A stretch of DNA of 64,000 nt from Vulcanimicrobiota bacterium (GCA_963733295.1 CAVTCS010000003.1:1024001-1088000); one strand, 5' to 3'; counted from the first letter of the stretch, positions 19,461 through 30,938 are shown. A program made the numbers and translations. Notes: generated from the sequence alone by a model not told the origin.

Positions 19461-22400
19461 TTGAGTTCTTTCGTTCATCTCCACGTTCATAGCGAATACT
19501 CGCTTTTGGACGGAGCGTGTCGCGTCGATCCGCTTTGCAAGCGGACCGCGGAACAAGGTTCGCCGGGGATAGCCTTGACCGACCACGGCGTCATGTTCGG
19601 AGCGATGGAGTTCTACTACGCCGCGCGCGAGCATTCGCTCGTGCCGATCGTCGGTTGCGAAGCCTACATCGCGCCGCGAGGCCGCTACGACCGCAGCGTG
19701 CGCGAAGAAGCGCACGTCACGCTTTTGGCCGGCGACGTCGAGGGTTACCGGAACCTCGTTGCGCTCATCTCGAAAGGCTTTCTCCAAGGCTACTACTACA
19801 AGCCGCGCATCGATATGGAATTGCTCGAGCAGCACAACCGCGGATTGATCGTGCTCTCCGGCTGCATGTCGAGCCTGTGCGCGCAACCATTGCTGCGCAA
19901 CGACTACGAGGGTGCGAAGAAAGCCGCGACGGCGTTCCATCAGATCTTCGGCGACCGCTTTTACATCGAGATCATGCGCCACGGCATTCCCGAGCAGGAC
20001 ACCGTGAACGCCGGTCTCATCAAGCTCGCGCGCGAACTCGATCTGCCGCTCGTCGCAACGAACGATTCGCACTACCTCGTCCGCGAGGACGCTGCCGCGC
20101 ACGACGTGCTGCTCTGCATTGGTACCGGCAAAACGGTGCAGGACACCAGCCGCATGAAGTTCATGACCCAAGAGTTCTACGTGAAGTCGGCCGAAGAGAT
20201 GCGCGGGCTCTTTGCCGACTTGCCCGAGGCCTGCGACAACACGCTGGCGATTGCGAACCGGATCGACATCCGGATCCCGGAAAAACAGTTCAACATCCCG
20301 CTCTACCCGGTTCCGGCCGACGAGAGCCGGTCGCTCTTCGCGAGCGAGAAATCGCCTGAGGAGTATCTACGAGAGATCTGCGAGCGCGGTCTCGTCGAAC
20401 GGTATGGCCCCGAGCGTGCCGCGAACGACGCGGCCCTGCGCGAACGGCTCGACCTACGAGCTCGGCGTCATCATCTCGATGGGTTTCGCGTCGTACTTTC
20501 TCATCGTGTGGGATTTCATCAAGTATGCCCGCGACCGCGACATCCCCGTCGGACCGGGCCGAGGCTCCGCGGTCGGTTCGCTCGTCTCGTACGTGCTGCG
20601 CATCACCGACATGGATCCCATCAAATACGACCTGATCTTCGAGCGTTTCCTGAATCCGGACCGCATCTCGATGCCCGACATCGACACGGACTTCTGCGTC
20701 GAGCGGCGCGACGAAGTGATCAAGTACGTCACCGAAAAGTACGGTTCCGATCGGGTCGCGCAAATCGTCACTTTCGGAACGATGGCCGCGCGCGCCGCGG
20801 TGCGCGACGCGGGGCGCGCGCTGGGCGTACCGCTCGGCGACGTGGACCGGGTGGCGAAGCTGATTCCGTCGGGCCCGGGCGGCCTTTCGATCGCGCAGGC
20901 GCTCAAGGGAATTCCGGAGTTGAAGGCGCTCTACGACGCCTCGCCTCAGATCCGCACGTTGCTCGAAACGGCCAAGTCGATCGAGGGTTTGGCGCGTCAC
21001 GCCTCGACCCACGCGGCCGGCGTGGTCATTTCGAAAGATCCGCTCGTCGACGTGACGCCGCTGATCAAGCTCGGTGACGACGACGTGAACACGCAGTACG
21101 ACATGGGCTGGGTCGAACGCATCGGCTTGCTCAAGATGGACTTCCTCGGCTTGCGCAATTTGACGGTGATGAAGAACGCGGTTGACGAGATTCGCCGGAT
21201 CGAAAATCCCGACTTCGATCTCGCCGGCATCGCCGACGACGATCAGAAGACGTTCGAGATGCTCGGCCGGGGCGAAACGACCGGCGTGTTTCAGTTGGAA
21301 TCCGACGGGATGCGGCGCGTCGTCGCGGAGCTGCGACCGAGCGTCTTCAACGACATCATGGCGTTGGTAGCACTGTACCGGCCGGGCCCGATGGAGTGGA
21401 TCCCGCTCTACATCAGCAACAAGCACGGGCGCACCAAACCCAAGTACCTGCACCCGATTCTCGAGCCGATCCTCGCTCCGACGTACGCGGTCGCTTGCTA
21501 TCAAGAGCAGGTTATGCAGATCGCGCGCGACGTCGCCGGCTTCTCGATGTCGGACGCCGACGAGCTGCGCAAGGTCATGGGCAAGAAGCTCAAGGATAAG
21601 ATCCCCGTCTACCACGAGAAATTCGTCAGCGGCGCAGTCGCCAAAGGCTTCGACAAGAAACTCGCTGAGGACATCTTCGCGTTCGTCGAGCCCTTCGCCG
21701 GATACGGCTTCAACAAGAGTCACGCCGTGGCATACGGCTGGATCGCCTACCAGACGGCGTTTCTCAAGGCGAACTATCCGCGCGCCTATCTCGCAGCGTT
21801 GATGACCTCGGTGCAAGACCGGACCGACAAGCTCGTCGAGTACATTGAGGAGGCCAAGAAGGTCGGGATCAGCGTGCTGCCTCCGGACGTCAACCAGTCG
21901 CGCAACGACTTCACCGTCGTCGGACCCGACATCCGCTTCGGGCTAGCCGCGATCAAAGGCGTCGGAGAGGGTGCCGTAAGTTCGATCATCGAGGCTCGCG
22001 AACAGGACGGCCTGTTCGCCGACGTCTTCGACTTCGCGGAGCGCATCGATCCGAAACTACTCAATCGCAAAGTCTTCGAGGCGTTGATCAAGTGCGGTGC
22101 GCTCGACTCGTTGCCCGGTAACCGCGCGCAGCTGCTCGACGCACTCGATCGGGCGATCGAGCGTGCGGCTCGTGCCGGGCGCGATCGCGAATCGGGTCAA
22201 GCTTCGTTGTTCGGCGAAGTCGAGGCGGACCACGAACATCTCAAGCCGCAACTGCGCAACCTGCCCGCGCCGCCGGTTCTCGAGCAGCTCGCGTGGGAGA
22301 AGGAGACGCTGGGAATTTTCGTGTCGGGTCACCCGCTGGCCGACGTCGCTGAAGCGCTGGCGCGCGGCGGCGCGTTGCCGATCAAGGAATTGCGCGGGCG

Positions 22401-22926
22401 GGGCGACGACGAGCAGGTGACGGTCGCGGGTATGCTGACCGCGGTGCGTCGCACGTTGACGAAAGCTCAGCAGCAGATGTTGATCGCGACGATCGAGGAC
22501 ATGAGCGGCAGCGTCGAGTGCATCGTGTTCCCCAAGACCTACGCGCAGTTGCAGGCGGCCTTCGTGCCGGACGCGATCGTGACGCTGAAGGCGCGGGTCC
22601 GCCTGCGCGAGCGCCGTGGAACGCTGCCGGGCGACGACGCGCCGGTCGAGCTCTCGTTGACCGTCAACGAAGCCAAAGCGTTCGAGCGGCGGCAGATCCC
22701 GCCGCCGCCGACCGGCTGGCACGTGACGGCCTCGCGCAAGAAACAGATCGACGCTCTCGACGACCTGTTGCGCGAATCGCCGGGCGCGGTGCCTGTCGTG
22801 CTCCACATCGGCGAGCACGCCGAGCGACTCGCGGGGGGAATCTCGAACAGCACCTACGTCCGTCACGAGCTCGAGTCGATCTTCGGCGGCCCGAGCGTGT
22901 GGGAAGGACCTGCCCCGCCCGCGTAA
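19461..22926 (+). CDS. dnaE: DNA polymerase III alpha subunit, frameshifted near 20453
   Basis: FVHLHVHSEYSLLDG PHP domain in one frame; GPGRGSAVGS, MPDIDTDF, YGFNKSH, OB-fold in next frame; extra C in GACCTAC. Confidence 0.96.
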
Positions 22927-22935
22927 ACTCCGGGG

Positions 22936-24114
22936 GTGAGACTACCTGCCGGCACGCGCGACTGGCTGCCGCCGGAGCTGCAGCGCAAGCGCGCGGTCGA
23001 GGCTGTGCTGCGCGGCGTTTTCGAACGCTGGGCTTACGCAGAGATCCAAACGCCAAGTTTCGAGCGCTTCGATGCGCTCGAACTCGGCCTGGGCGACGGG
23101 GTCGCGCAAAAGACGTTCTTGTTCAACGACCGCGGCGGGACGCAACTCGCGCTTCGTCCGGAGATGACCACGCCGGTCGCGCGGCTCGTTTCGACCCGGA
23201 TGCGCGGCGCGCCGCTGCCGATCCGGCTGTCGTACGTGCAAAGCGCATATCGTTACGAGGAACCGCAAGAAGGGCGGATGCGCGAATTCACGCAGGCCGG
23301 GCTCGAGCTGATCGGCTCGAGCGGGACCGATGCCGATGCCGAGAGCTTGTTCACGGCGCTCGAAGCGCTCGATGCGCTCGGCCTCGGCGACGCGCGCTTC
23401 GATCTCAATCACGCCGCGATCATCGACGGCGTCCTCGCCAACCTGGCTTGGGAGCCCGCTGCGATCGCCGCCTGCAAACGCCTGATCGCCGATCGTAACA
23501 TCGTCGCGCTGCGCAAGATGCTGAGCGACGGCGGCCGCGCGAAAGACAGTGAAGAACTGGTCGCGCTCGTCATGCTGCGCGGGCGCGAAGAGGTCTTGCA
23601 GCTTGCGGCGGCGCGCTGCTCGACGGCCGAGGGTCGCGAAGGCATCGAGCGGTTGCGCGAGCTGCTCTCGCGCGCCGATCGGCTCGGATTCGGGGAGCGG
23701 CTCGCGGTCGATCTTTCCCTCTTGCGCGACGTGTCGTACTACACCGGCTTCATCTTTGAAGGCTTCGCGGGCGAAGTCGGTTTCGCGCTGTGCGGTGGCG
23801 GGCGCTACGACTCGCTGCTGCCGCGCTTCGGCTTCGATGCCGGCGCCGTCGGCTGGTCGGTCAACGTCGAGCGTTTGCTGATCGCGCTCGAGCGCCGCCA
23901 CACTTCTCGTTTCGGTGATGCTCCGGCGGTCGACGTGCTCGTCAGCGGTTCGGACGTCGTCGCGGCGCGCGAGCGAGCGGCGGGCAAAATCGTGCGCATC
24001 GATTTCGAAAGCCGCAGCGAAGGCGAGCTGCTGAGCGCGGCGCGCGCCGCGCGCATCCCGCGCGTCTTGATCGCGCGCGGCGCCGAGGTGCGCGAGCTGA
24101 AGGTCGAATGGTGA
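22936..24114 (+). CDS. hisZ: ATP phosphoribosyltransferase regulatory subunit
   Basis: LPAGTRDWLP, ALRPEMT, REFTQAGLELIG, YYTG, GGGRYD; adjacent to short hisG. Confidence 0.93.
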   Translation: MRLPAGTRDWLPPELQRKRAVEAVLRGVFERWAYAEIQTPSFERFDALELGLGDGVAQKTFLFNDRGGTQLALRPEMTTPVARLVSTRMRGAPLPIRLSYVQSAYRYEEPQEGRMREFTQAGLELIGSSGTDADAESLFTALEALDALGLGDARFDLNHAAIIDGVLANLAWEPAAIAACKRLIADRNIVALRKMLSDGGRAKDSEELVALVMLRGREEVLQLAAARCSTAEGREGIERLRELLSRADRLGFGERLAVDLSLLRDVSYYTGFIFEGFAGEVGFALCGGGRYDSLLPRFGFDAGAVGWSVNVERLLIALERRHTSRFGDAPAVDVLVSGSDVVAARERAAGKIVRIDFESRSEGELLSAARAARIPRVLIARGAEVRELKVEW

Positions 24115-24746
24115 GCCCGCTCGTCGTCGCGATTCCGAAAGGCGCGCTCTACGCCGAGTCGGCTGCGCGCTTGCGCGCCGCCGGACTCGAGGTGCCGGAG
24201 GATCCGGGGCGCAAGCTCGCCGTGGATTGCGGCGACGGGACTCGAATCTTGCTCGTGAGGCCGACCGACGTTCCCGCCTACGTCGAGTTCGGGGCGGCCG
24301 ACTGCGGCGTCGTCGGCGCCGACGTGCTCTGGGAAACCGAACGCCACGTCTGCGAACTGGCCGATCTCGAATTCGGCGCTTGCCGCCTGGTCGTCGCGGC
24401 GCGGCGCAGCGACCGCTACCACGAAGGTGCCCAACTTCCGACGTTCTTGCGCGTCGCGACGAAATTCGAGCGCACCGCCGAGGCCTTTTTTGCCGAACGC
24501 GACGTGCCGGTCCAGTTGATCAAACTGCACGGGTCGGTCGAGTTGGCGCCGCTCGTCGGGCTCGCCGACCTGATCGTCGATTTGGTTGCGAGCGGCAAGA
24601 CTTTGCGCGAACACGACCTCGCGATCGTGAACGAGATCGCGCTCTCGACCGCGCGCTTCGTCGTCAACCCGATTCGCTTTCGCGTCAAGTACCACGCCAT
24701 CACGGCGCTGCTCGGGCGGCTCGATCCGCGCGCCGTGCCTGCATGA
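24108..24746 (+). CDS. hisG: ATP phosphoribosyltransferase, short form
   Basis: VAIPKG, VATKF, LHGSVELAP..GLADLIVDLVASGKTL. Confidence 0.95.
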   Translation: MVSPLVVAIPKGALYAESAARLRAAGLEVPEDPGRKLAVDCGDGTRILLVRPTDVPAYVEFGAADCGVVGADVLWETERHVCELADLEFGACRLVVAARRSDRYHEGAQLPTFLRVATKFERTAEAFFAERDVPVQLIKLHGSVELAPLVGLADLIVDLVASGKTLREHDLAIVNEIALSTARFVVNPIRFRVKYHAITALLGRLDPRAVPA

Positions 24747-26032
24747 AGATTCTCGACGCGAGCGACGCCGAGGCGCTCGCGGGACTGTATGCTGCGGGTT
24801 GGGATCCGCCGGAGGCCGTGCGCGCCGGCGTCACCGAGATCTTGGCGGCGATTCGCGCGCGCGGCGACGAGGCGCTGCTGGCGTACACGCGCCGTTTCGA
24901 CTTCCCCGGCGCAGCGCTCGCGACCCTCGCGATCGAGATTCCGAACGCGCGGGATGCGCAGGAGCTCGTTCCGCCGGAAGTTGCCGAAGGCTTGAGGCTG
25001 GCGCGGAGTCGCGTCGCGGCCTTTCACGAACGGCAACTGAACGGAGATCTCGAGTGCGTCGAGTCCGACGGGTCGCGCAGCGCATTGCTGGCGCGTCCGC
25101 TGAGCGCGGTCGGCGCGTACGTTCCGGGCGGTACGGCGTCGTATCCCTCGAGCGTTATCATGACGGCGGTTCCGGCGAAGGTCGCGGGCGTACCGCGGCT
25201 GGTCGTGACGACGCCGCCGGGAGGCGACGGTCGCATTTCTCCGGCGGTCCTGTTTGCGTGCAGCCTCTGCGGGGTCGACGAGCTTTACGCTGCCGGCGGC
25301 GCGCAGGCGATCGGCGCGCTGGCCTTCGGGACCGCCTCGATCCCGCGCGTCGACAAAATCGTCGGTCCGGGTAACGTCTGGGTCACTGAAGCGAAGCGTC
25401 AAGTCTTCGGGCTATGCGGGATCGACGGACTCGCCGGGCCGTCGGAGGTCCTCGTCGTCGCCGACGCCGCCGCGCGCCCGGAGTTCGTCGCCGGTGAACT
25501 GATCGCGCAAGCGGAGCACGATCCGCTCGCGCGCGTCGCGGCGGTTTCGCAGGACCGCGCGATTCTCGAGCGCGTCGCGGCGCTGCTGGACGGACCCTTC
25601 GCGAGCGCAGCGGGGCGGAACGAGATCGTCGCGCGCGTCCTGGCCGAACGCGCTTATCTCATTCACGCGCGCAATCGCGCCGAAACGCTGGAAGTGATCG
25701 ATCGTTTCGCGCCCGAGCACCTCTCGATTCAAACGCAGGACCCGGCGGCATGGCTCCCGGACGTCGCGCACGCCGGAGCGATCTTTCTCGGTTCCGAGAC
25801 GCCCGTCGCAGCGGGCGACTACATCGCAGGCCCCAGTCACGTGCTGCCGACCTCGGGCGCCGCGCGTTTCTCGTCGGGATTGCGAACGGCAGACTTCATG
25901 CGCACGATGTCGGTCGTCGAAAACAGCCCCAGCCGAATGCGAGCCGACGCAGCGCTGCTCGCAGCGCTCGCGAACTTCGAAGGGCTGCCGGCGCACGCGC
26001 GCACGGCGCGTCTCCGCGAGGAAAGCAGATGA
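24743..26032 (+). CDS. hisD: Histidinol dehydrogenase
   Basis: YVPGG, DKIVGPGN, AGPSE, AQAEHD, APEHL, GPSHVLPT. Confidence 0.96.
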   Translation: MKILDASDAEALAGLYAAGWDPPEAVRAGVTEILAAIRARGDEALLAYTRRFDFPGAALATLAIEIPNARDAQELVPPEVAEGLRLARSRVAAFHERQLNGDLECVESDGSRSALLARPLSAVGAYVPGGTASYPSSVIMTAVPAKVAGVPRLVVTTPPGGDGRISPAVLFACSLCGVDELYAAGGAQAIGALAFGTASIPRVDKIVGPGNVWVTEAKRQVFGLCGIDGLAGPSEVLVVADAAARPEFVAGELIAQAEHDPLARVAAVSQDRAILERVAALLDGPFASAAGRNEIVARVLAERAYLIHARNRAETLEVIDRFAPEHLSIQTQDPAAWLPDVAHAGAIFLGSETPVAAGDYIAGPSHVLPTSGAARFSSGLRTADFMRTMSVVENSPSRMRADAALLAALANFEGLPAHARTARLREESR

Positions 26033-26859
26033 ACCGGCCCAAAATGGTCGCGCTCGATCTCGACGGAACGCTCGTCGAACCACTCAAACCGGTGCGCCCG
26101 CGGGTCGTCGCAGCGGTACGGGCCGCTTGCGCCGCGGGCGTGCGCGCGACGATCGTGACGGGGCGGATGTACGTCGGAACCGAATCTTTCGTGCGCTTGC
26201 TCTCGATCGAAGGGCCGATCATCTGTTACCAGGGAGCGGTCATCGCCGATGCGGTCAGCGGCCGATTCGAGCGCGAGATCGCGCTGCCGAACGCCGTCGC
26301 CTTGCGCATTTACGACGCGGCGAAGCCGCGCGGCTACCACGTGCAGTTCTATCGCGAAGATCGTTTCTACGTCGAGCAGCGCAACGCATATTCCGACCTG
26401 TACGCGCGCATTTCGGGAACCGAGCCGGTCGTCGTGGCCTCGCTGCCCGAAGCCTTCGCGGGCCGCGACAGCACCAAGGTCAACATCGTGACCGATCCGG
26501 AGAAGACGCCGGAGTGCTTGAGGCTCATGAAAGAGGTTTGCGGCGACGATGCCTACGTGACGCGCTCGAACCCCGAGTTCGTCGAGATGCTCTCTCCCAA
26601 GGTCGACAAGGGCGAGGCGCTCGCGCTGATTGCGAGCGAACTCGGCATCCCGCTCGCGGACGTCCTCGCGATCGGCGATTCGTACAACGACGTTCCGCTC
26701 TTGCGCGTCGCGGGTTTCGGCGTCGCGATGGGGTCTGGTCCCCCGGAGCTCAAAGCCGAAGCGGATGCGGTAGTGGGCGACGTCGAACACGACGGAGTGG
26801 CAGAAGCGATCGAGCGTTTCGTCTTGGCGCCGCCGGACACTCGAAGCATGATCGGATGA
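26029..26859 (+). CDS. Cof-type HAD-IIB phosphatase
   Basis: DLDGTL, VTGR, VDKG, AIGDSYND. Confidence 0.92.
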   Translation: MNRPKMVALDLDGTLVEPLKPVRPRVVAAVRAACAAGVRATIVTGRMYVGTESFVRLLSIEGPIICYQGAVIADAVSGRFEREIALPNAVALRIYDAAKPRGYHVQFYREDRFYVEQRNAYSDLYARISGTEPVVVASLPEAFAGRDSTKVNIVTDPEKTPECLRLMKEVCGDDAYVTRSNPEFVEMLSPKVDKGEALALIASELGIPLADVLAIGDSYNDVPLLRVAGFGVAMGSGPPELKAEADAVVGDVEHDGVAEAIERFVLAPPDTRSMIG

Positions 26860-27644
26860 GTTCTAGGCCGCTTCAACTTCGGCGCCGTTCGAAACCTTCG
26901 ATCGGTGCACGCGCGCGCAGGTATTGGATCCCGGCGATTCTCGCGATCGCGATCGTGGCGAGTCTGGGTTGGGCCCTGGCGGCGGCGCCGATGTTTCATC
27001 TCTCGAGCGTCGAAGTGACGGGACTCGGTCGCGTTTCGCGCGAGGACGTTCTGGCGCGTGCCGCCTTGAATCCGAACGAGAACGTTTGGCTCAGTGACAC
27101 GCGCGCAGCGGAACGCCGCATTGAAGGGATTCCGTACGTGCTGACGGCTCGTGTCAGGCGCCGCTTTCCAGCGGCCGTGAACATCGTCGTCACCGAGCGC
27201 ACTCCGGAAGCGTGCGTGCAGGACGGTCGCGCGCGCGAGCTGACGGTGGACGGAACGCTGCGCGTGCTCGAGAGCGGCTGCGCGAGTGCTCCGGGCCTCA
27301 GATATCTGACGCGCGACGCGCTCGCGGCGCAGCCGGGCGATTTTCTGACCGACCCTGCGATCGTAGGGTTGCGAGACGAGGCGCAGGCCCTCGTAACGTT
27401 CGCGAGTCCGCCCGCTGGAGATGCTGCACCGGCGCTGCACTTTACGAGCTTTTCGCTCGACCCGGCCGGGCAGCTCGATGCAACGCTTGCCGGCGGCGTT
27501 CGCGTGCACTTCGGCGACGACGATGCGCTGGCGGAGAAGGAACGGCTCGTCGGACCGATCCTTGCGTCGCTCGGAGCCCGCGCGGCGAACGTCCGCGCGG
27601 TCGACCTGCGCGCGCCGGCGACCCCGGTTGTGGAATTTCGTTAG
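26856..27644 (+). CDS. ftsQ: Cell division protein FtsQ/DivIB
   Basis: Single TM, POTRA (VEVTG..RVS; VRRRFP..V.IVVTER), C-terminal VDLR. Confidence 0.85.
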   Translation: MSSRPLQLRRRSKPSIGARARRYWIPAILAIAIVASLGWALAAAPMFHLSSVEVTGLGRVSREDVLARAALNPNENVWLSDTRAAERRIEGIPYVLTARVRRRFPAAVNIVVTERTPEACVQDGRARELTVDGTLRVLESGCASAPGLRYLTRDALAAQPGDFLTDPAIVGLRDEAQALVTFASPPAGDAAPALHFTSFSLDPAGQLDATLAGGVRVHFGDDDALAEKERLVGPILASLGARAANVRAVDLRAPATPVVEFR

Positions 27645-27661
27645 AAGCTTACCGCCCCCGG

Positions 27662-28339
27662 TTATCTGAGCGTGCGGGCGGCGTTGTCCAGCGACTGGTG
27701 GGCCTTTGCACCGATCGATTCCACGCGCGCTCGCTGAGCAGCTTCAGCTTCGAGTTCTTGCTGTGACTGCGGCGCCGTTCGCAGAACGACGGTGCGGCTC
27801 GCGCCGTCCCACGCGACGTACGCGCCGATGGCTTCCGCGAAGGCGCGCAACGGAAAGTACACCAATCCGTCAACGACCCGCGTGGGCACACTCAACGTGC
27901 TCGCATTGGTCGTTGGAGGGCCGAGAGCGTCGAGCGTGGTCGAGGTTCGCGTCGTCATCACGAAAAGCTGATTTCCAAGCGTATTTGAAGCCCAACGTAG
28001 CTCGCTCTTCGGATAGAGGTGTCCCACGGCAACCGAGACCGTGCGCGTCGATGCGTCGTACGCCAATCCCGCGCGCATCGCGGTGAAGAGCCTCTGGGCG
28101 GGATTGTCCACCGACGAGCCCGGGCGCGCTGCGCCAAGCGTCACGTTGTGGGGCGTCAAGGCCACCAACACGCGGCCGTCCAGGAGAAGCGGGCGCAGGC
28201 CGTGCACCGTTCGATCGTTGTACAGAATCGAGATCTCGTTGGCGTTCTGAGCAGCGCCAGCCCTGGCGGCAAGCCACAACGCGAGCGCCGCGGAGAGAGT
28301 GGCGGAACGGCGGATGAAGTGCCCGCGCGAGAGGTCCAC
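27662..28339 (-). CDS. Exported protein with copper-amine-oxidase N-terminal (stalk)-like domain
   Basis: Tat-like leader SRGHFIRRS..AAQ; DGLVYFPLRAFAEAIGAYVAWDGASRTV. Confidence 0.75.
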   Translation of the reverse strand: MDLSRGHFIRRSATLSAALALWLAARAGAAQNANEISILYNDRTVHGLRPLLLDGRVLVALTPHNVTLGAARPGSSVDNPAQRLFTAMRAGLAYDASTRTVSVAVGHLYPKSELRWASNTLGNQLFVMTTRTSTTLDALGPPTTNASTLSVPTRVVDGLVYFPLRAFAEAIGAYVAWDGASRTVVLRTAPQSQQELEAEAAQRARVESIGAKAHQSLDNAARTLR

Positions 28340-28427
28340 GGCTCGATCCTTCGGCCCACGAGCGCTCGCCGCCCGGGTAATTCGCAGGTCCCCACCGGCG
28401 GCTCGCAGCCTGTGAACAGCCTTATAG

Positions 28428-28475
28428 ACACAATATATACAAGGAACCGGGATGGCGGACCACAATATATGGGGG
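28428..28475 (+). promoter_or_regulatory. Tandem NrdR-box-like sites upstream of ftsA
   Basis: ACACAATATATACAAG (28428) and CCACAATATATGGGGG (28460), 32 bp apart. Confidence 0.62.
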
Positions 28476-28532
28476 TATGCCGGAGCTGCGGGCGACTCGG
28501 CCCGTTTTGCGTTTGAGATGGCGGGCGTGGTG

Positions 28533-29759
28533 ATGACGAAATCCTCACCGGGTGTCACCATCGCCGGTCTCGACATCGGCACCACCAAGACGTGCGCCGT
28601 CGTCGCGACCAGCACGCCCGAGGGACTCGACATCATCGGCGTGGGCGAGGCTCCCTCGACCGGCTTGCGCAAGGGCGTCATCACCGATCTCGAGGAGACG
28701 GTCCGGGCGATCGAAGCGGCGACCGAACGAGCCGAGCGGATGGCCGGCGTGCACATCTCGCACGTGTACGTCGGAATCACCGGCGAGCACGTTCAAAGCA
28801 CGAACAACCGCGGCGTCGTCGCGATTTCCGGCGAAGAGCGCGAAGTCGTGCGTGGCGACGTGCGGCGGGTTGTCGATGCTTCGAAATTGATCGACGTCGG
28901 CGCCGACCGGCAGATCATCCACGCCTTGCCGCGTCAGTTTGCCGTCGACGGTCACGACGGCGTTAGCGATCCGATCGGTATGGCCGGTTCGCGTCTGGAA
29001 GTCGACACGCACATCATCACCGGCGGCAATACCTTCATCACCAACGTGCTGAAGTGCGTCCACCGGGCGGGGCTCGAACCGGCCGGACTGGTCTTCGAGC
29101 CGCTCGCATCGTCCGCCGCGACGCTGCTCGCCGAGGAGAAACACATCGGCGTCGTCTTGCTCGACATCGGCGGCGGAACGACCGACATCGCGGTCTATTC
29201 GGGTGGGGGCGCGATCCACACTTCGACGATTCCGGTCGGCGGCAATATTCTCACCAACGACATCGCGCTAGGCTTGAAGACGAGCTTCGCCGATGCCGAG
29301 ACGCTCAAGCGCACGCACGGTTCGGCGATCGCCGATCAGCACGGCGAGGCCGAGTTCGTCGTGAAGACGCTCGACGGACGTACGACGCGCTCGGTGACGC
29401 GCGCACAGCTGCGCGCGATCGTCGCGCCGCGGCTTCTCGAGATCTTCCGCTTAGCCAAAGGACAGATTTCCGAAAAGATTCCGCGCGACGTCATGCTGGC
29501 CGAAGTCGTCTTGACCGGCGGCGGCGCGCAGCTTCACGGGATCGAACAAGCAGCTTCGGACTATTTCGGTTTGCCGGCACGAATCGGCGTTCCGACCGCA
29601 ATCGGCGGTCTGACCGATGCCGTGCGAAACCCCGAGTACGCGACGGCCGTCGGACTCGTGCTCTTCGGGCCCAAAGGCGACGGCGCCATCTGGAACAACG
29701 GACGGCGGCTCAGTCCGTTCGCACGCGTCACCTCGTGGTGGGGTGATTTCTGGAACTAG
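28533..29759 (+). CDS. ftsA: Cell division protein FtsA
   Basis: [37 protein letters not shown]. Confidence 0.96.
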   Translation: MTKSSPGVTIAGLDIGTTKTCAVVATSTPEGLDIIGVGEAPSTGLRKGVITDLEETVRAIEAATERAERMAGVHISHVYVGITGEHVQSTNNRGVVAISGEEREVVRGDVRRVVDASKLIDVGADRQIIHALPRQFAVDGHDGVSDPIGMAGSRLEVDTHIITGGNTFITNVLKCVHRAGLEPAGLVFEPLASSAATLLAEEKHIGVVLLDIGGGTTDIAVYSGGGAIHTSTIPVGGNILTNDIALGLKTSFADAETLKRTHGSAIADQHGEAEFVVKTLDGRTTRSVTRAQLRAIVAPRLLEIFRLAKGQISEKIPRDVMLAEVVLTGGGAQLHGIEQAASDYFGLPARIGVPTAIGGLTDAVRNPEYATAVGLVLFGPKGDGAIWNNGRRLSPFARVTSWWGDFWN

Positions 29760-29815
29760 GCCGCGCGGACCACGACCGCCGGAAACACCAACTCTCGTTC
29801 TTTACGGAGGGCTCG

Positions 29816-30889
29816 ATGGCCGAGTCGAAACGCTATAACCCCGAGCACGCCGCCACGATAAAGGTTTTGGGAATTGGCGGCGGCGGCTGCAATGCGGTCA
29901 ACCGGATGATCGAGGCGGGTCTCGCCAACGTCGAATTTTTTGCGATCAATACCGACGTCCAGGCGCTGCGCGGCTGCAAGACGTCCAACACCGTCCAAAT
30001 CGGAAGCGGCCTGACGCGCGGGTTGGGAGCAGGTTCGAATCCGGAGATGGGCCGCGAAGCCGCCGAGGAATCGCGTGAAGACCTGGCGATGATCCTCGAC
30101 GGCGCGGATCTCGTCTTCATCACCGCGGGAATGGGCGGCGGAACCGGGACCGGCGCGGCGCCGGTGCTGGCGGAGCTGGCGCGCGAATCCGGCGCGCTGA
30201 CCGTCGCCGTCGTCACCAAGCCGTTCTCGTTCGAAGGCCGCAAGCGCATGCTGCTGGCGGAGCGCGGCGTCGCCGACCTGGAAGCGAAGGTCGATACGAT
30301 GATCACGATTCCCAACGAGCGCATCCTGCAGATCATCGAGAAGAAGACCCCGCTGCAAGAGGCCTTCGCATACGCCGACGACGTCCTGCGGCAGGGCATT
30401 CAGGGCATCTCCGACCTCATCACGCAGCCGGGCCTCATCAACCTCGACTTTGCCGACGTCAAGACGATTATGACCGATGCCGGCAGCGCGATGATGGGCA
30501 TCGGCGAGGGCACCGGCGAGCATCGCGCCGCCGACGCCGCGCAGAAGGCGATAGCCTCCCCCCTCTTGGAGACGACGATCGAGGGTGCGCGAGGTGTGAT
30601 TTTCAACATCACCGGCGGCCCGGATTTAGCGATGTACGAGGTGAACGAAGCTGCGGAAATGATCTCGCGCGCGGTGGATGCCGAGGCGCAGATCATCTTC
30701 GGTGCATCGATCGATCAAGCGATGGGCTCGAAAGTCCGCGTGACCGTGCTGGCGGCCGGATTCGGTGCCCGCCGGAACGGAAGTGCGGCGGGAGGAGCGT
30801 TCAATTTTGCCGGTGGTGAGTTCGAAAAGGTGGCGCCCATCAACATGGACGACATCGAAGTGCCCGCCTTTCTGCGCTACCGCAGCTAG
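29816..30889 (+). CDS. ftsZ: Cell division protein FtsZ
   Basis: [27 protein letters not shown]-terminal DIEVPAFLR. Confidence 0.98.
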   Translation: MAESKRYNPEHAATIKVLGIGGGGCNAVNRMIEAGLANVEFFAINTDVQALRGCKTSNTVQIGSGLTRGLGAGSNPEMGREAAEESREDLAMILDGADLVFITAGMGGGTGTGAAPVLAELARESGALTVAVVTKPFSFEGRKRMLLAERGVADLEAKVDTMITIPNERILQIIEKKTPLQEAFAYADDVLRQGIQGISDLITQPGLINLDFADVKTIMTDAGSAMMGIGEGTGEHRAADAAQKAIASPLLETTIEGARGVIFNITGGPDLAMYEVNEAAEMISRAVDAEAQIIFGASIDQAMGSKVRVTVLAAGFGARRNGSAAGGAFNFAGGEFEKVAPINMDDIEVPAFLRYRS

Positions 30890-30938
30890 GGGCTCGCTCT
30901 CAACGGCTGCGTGGGGGAACCAAGCGTCCGCCGCGAGG

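Noticed and set aside
20290..21816. Long antisense ORFs here and throughout (e.g. 3350-4567, 15800-17047)
   Set aside because: Typical high-GC shadow frames opposite well-supported genes
19365..22926. Split dnaE as intein-mediated or programmed frameshift
   Set aside because: No intein termini or slippery heptamer; a single extra base explains it
28411..28475. Replication origin
   Set aside because: Only one degenerate DnaA-like box, no box cluster or AT-rich unwinding element, and no dnaA/dnaN nearby
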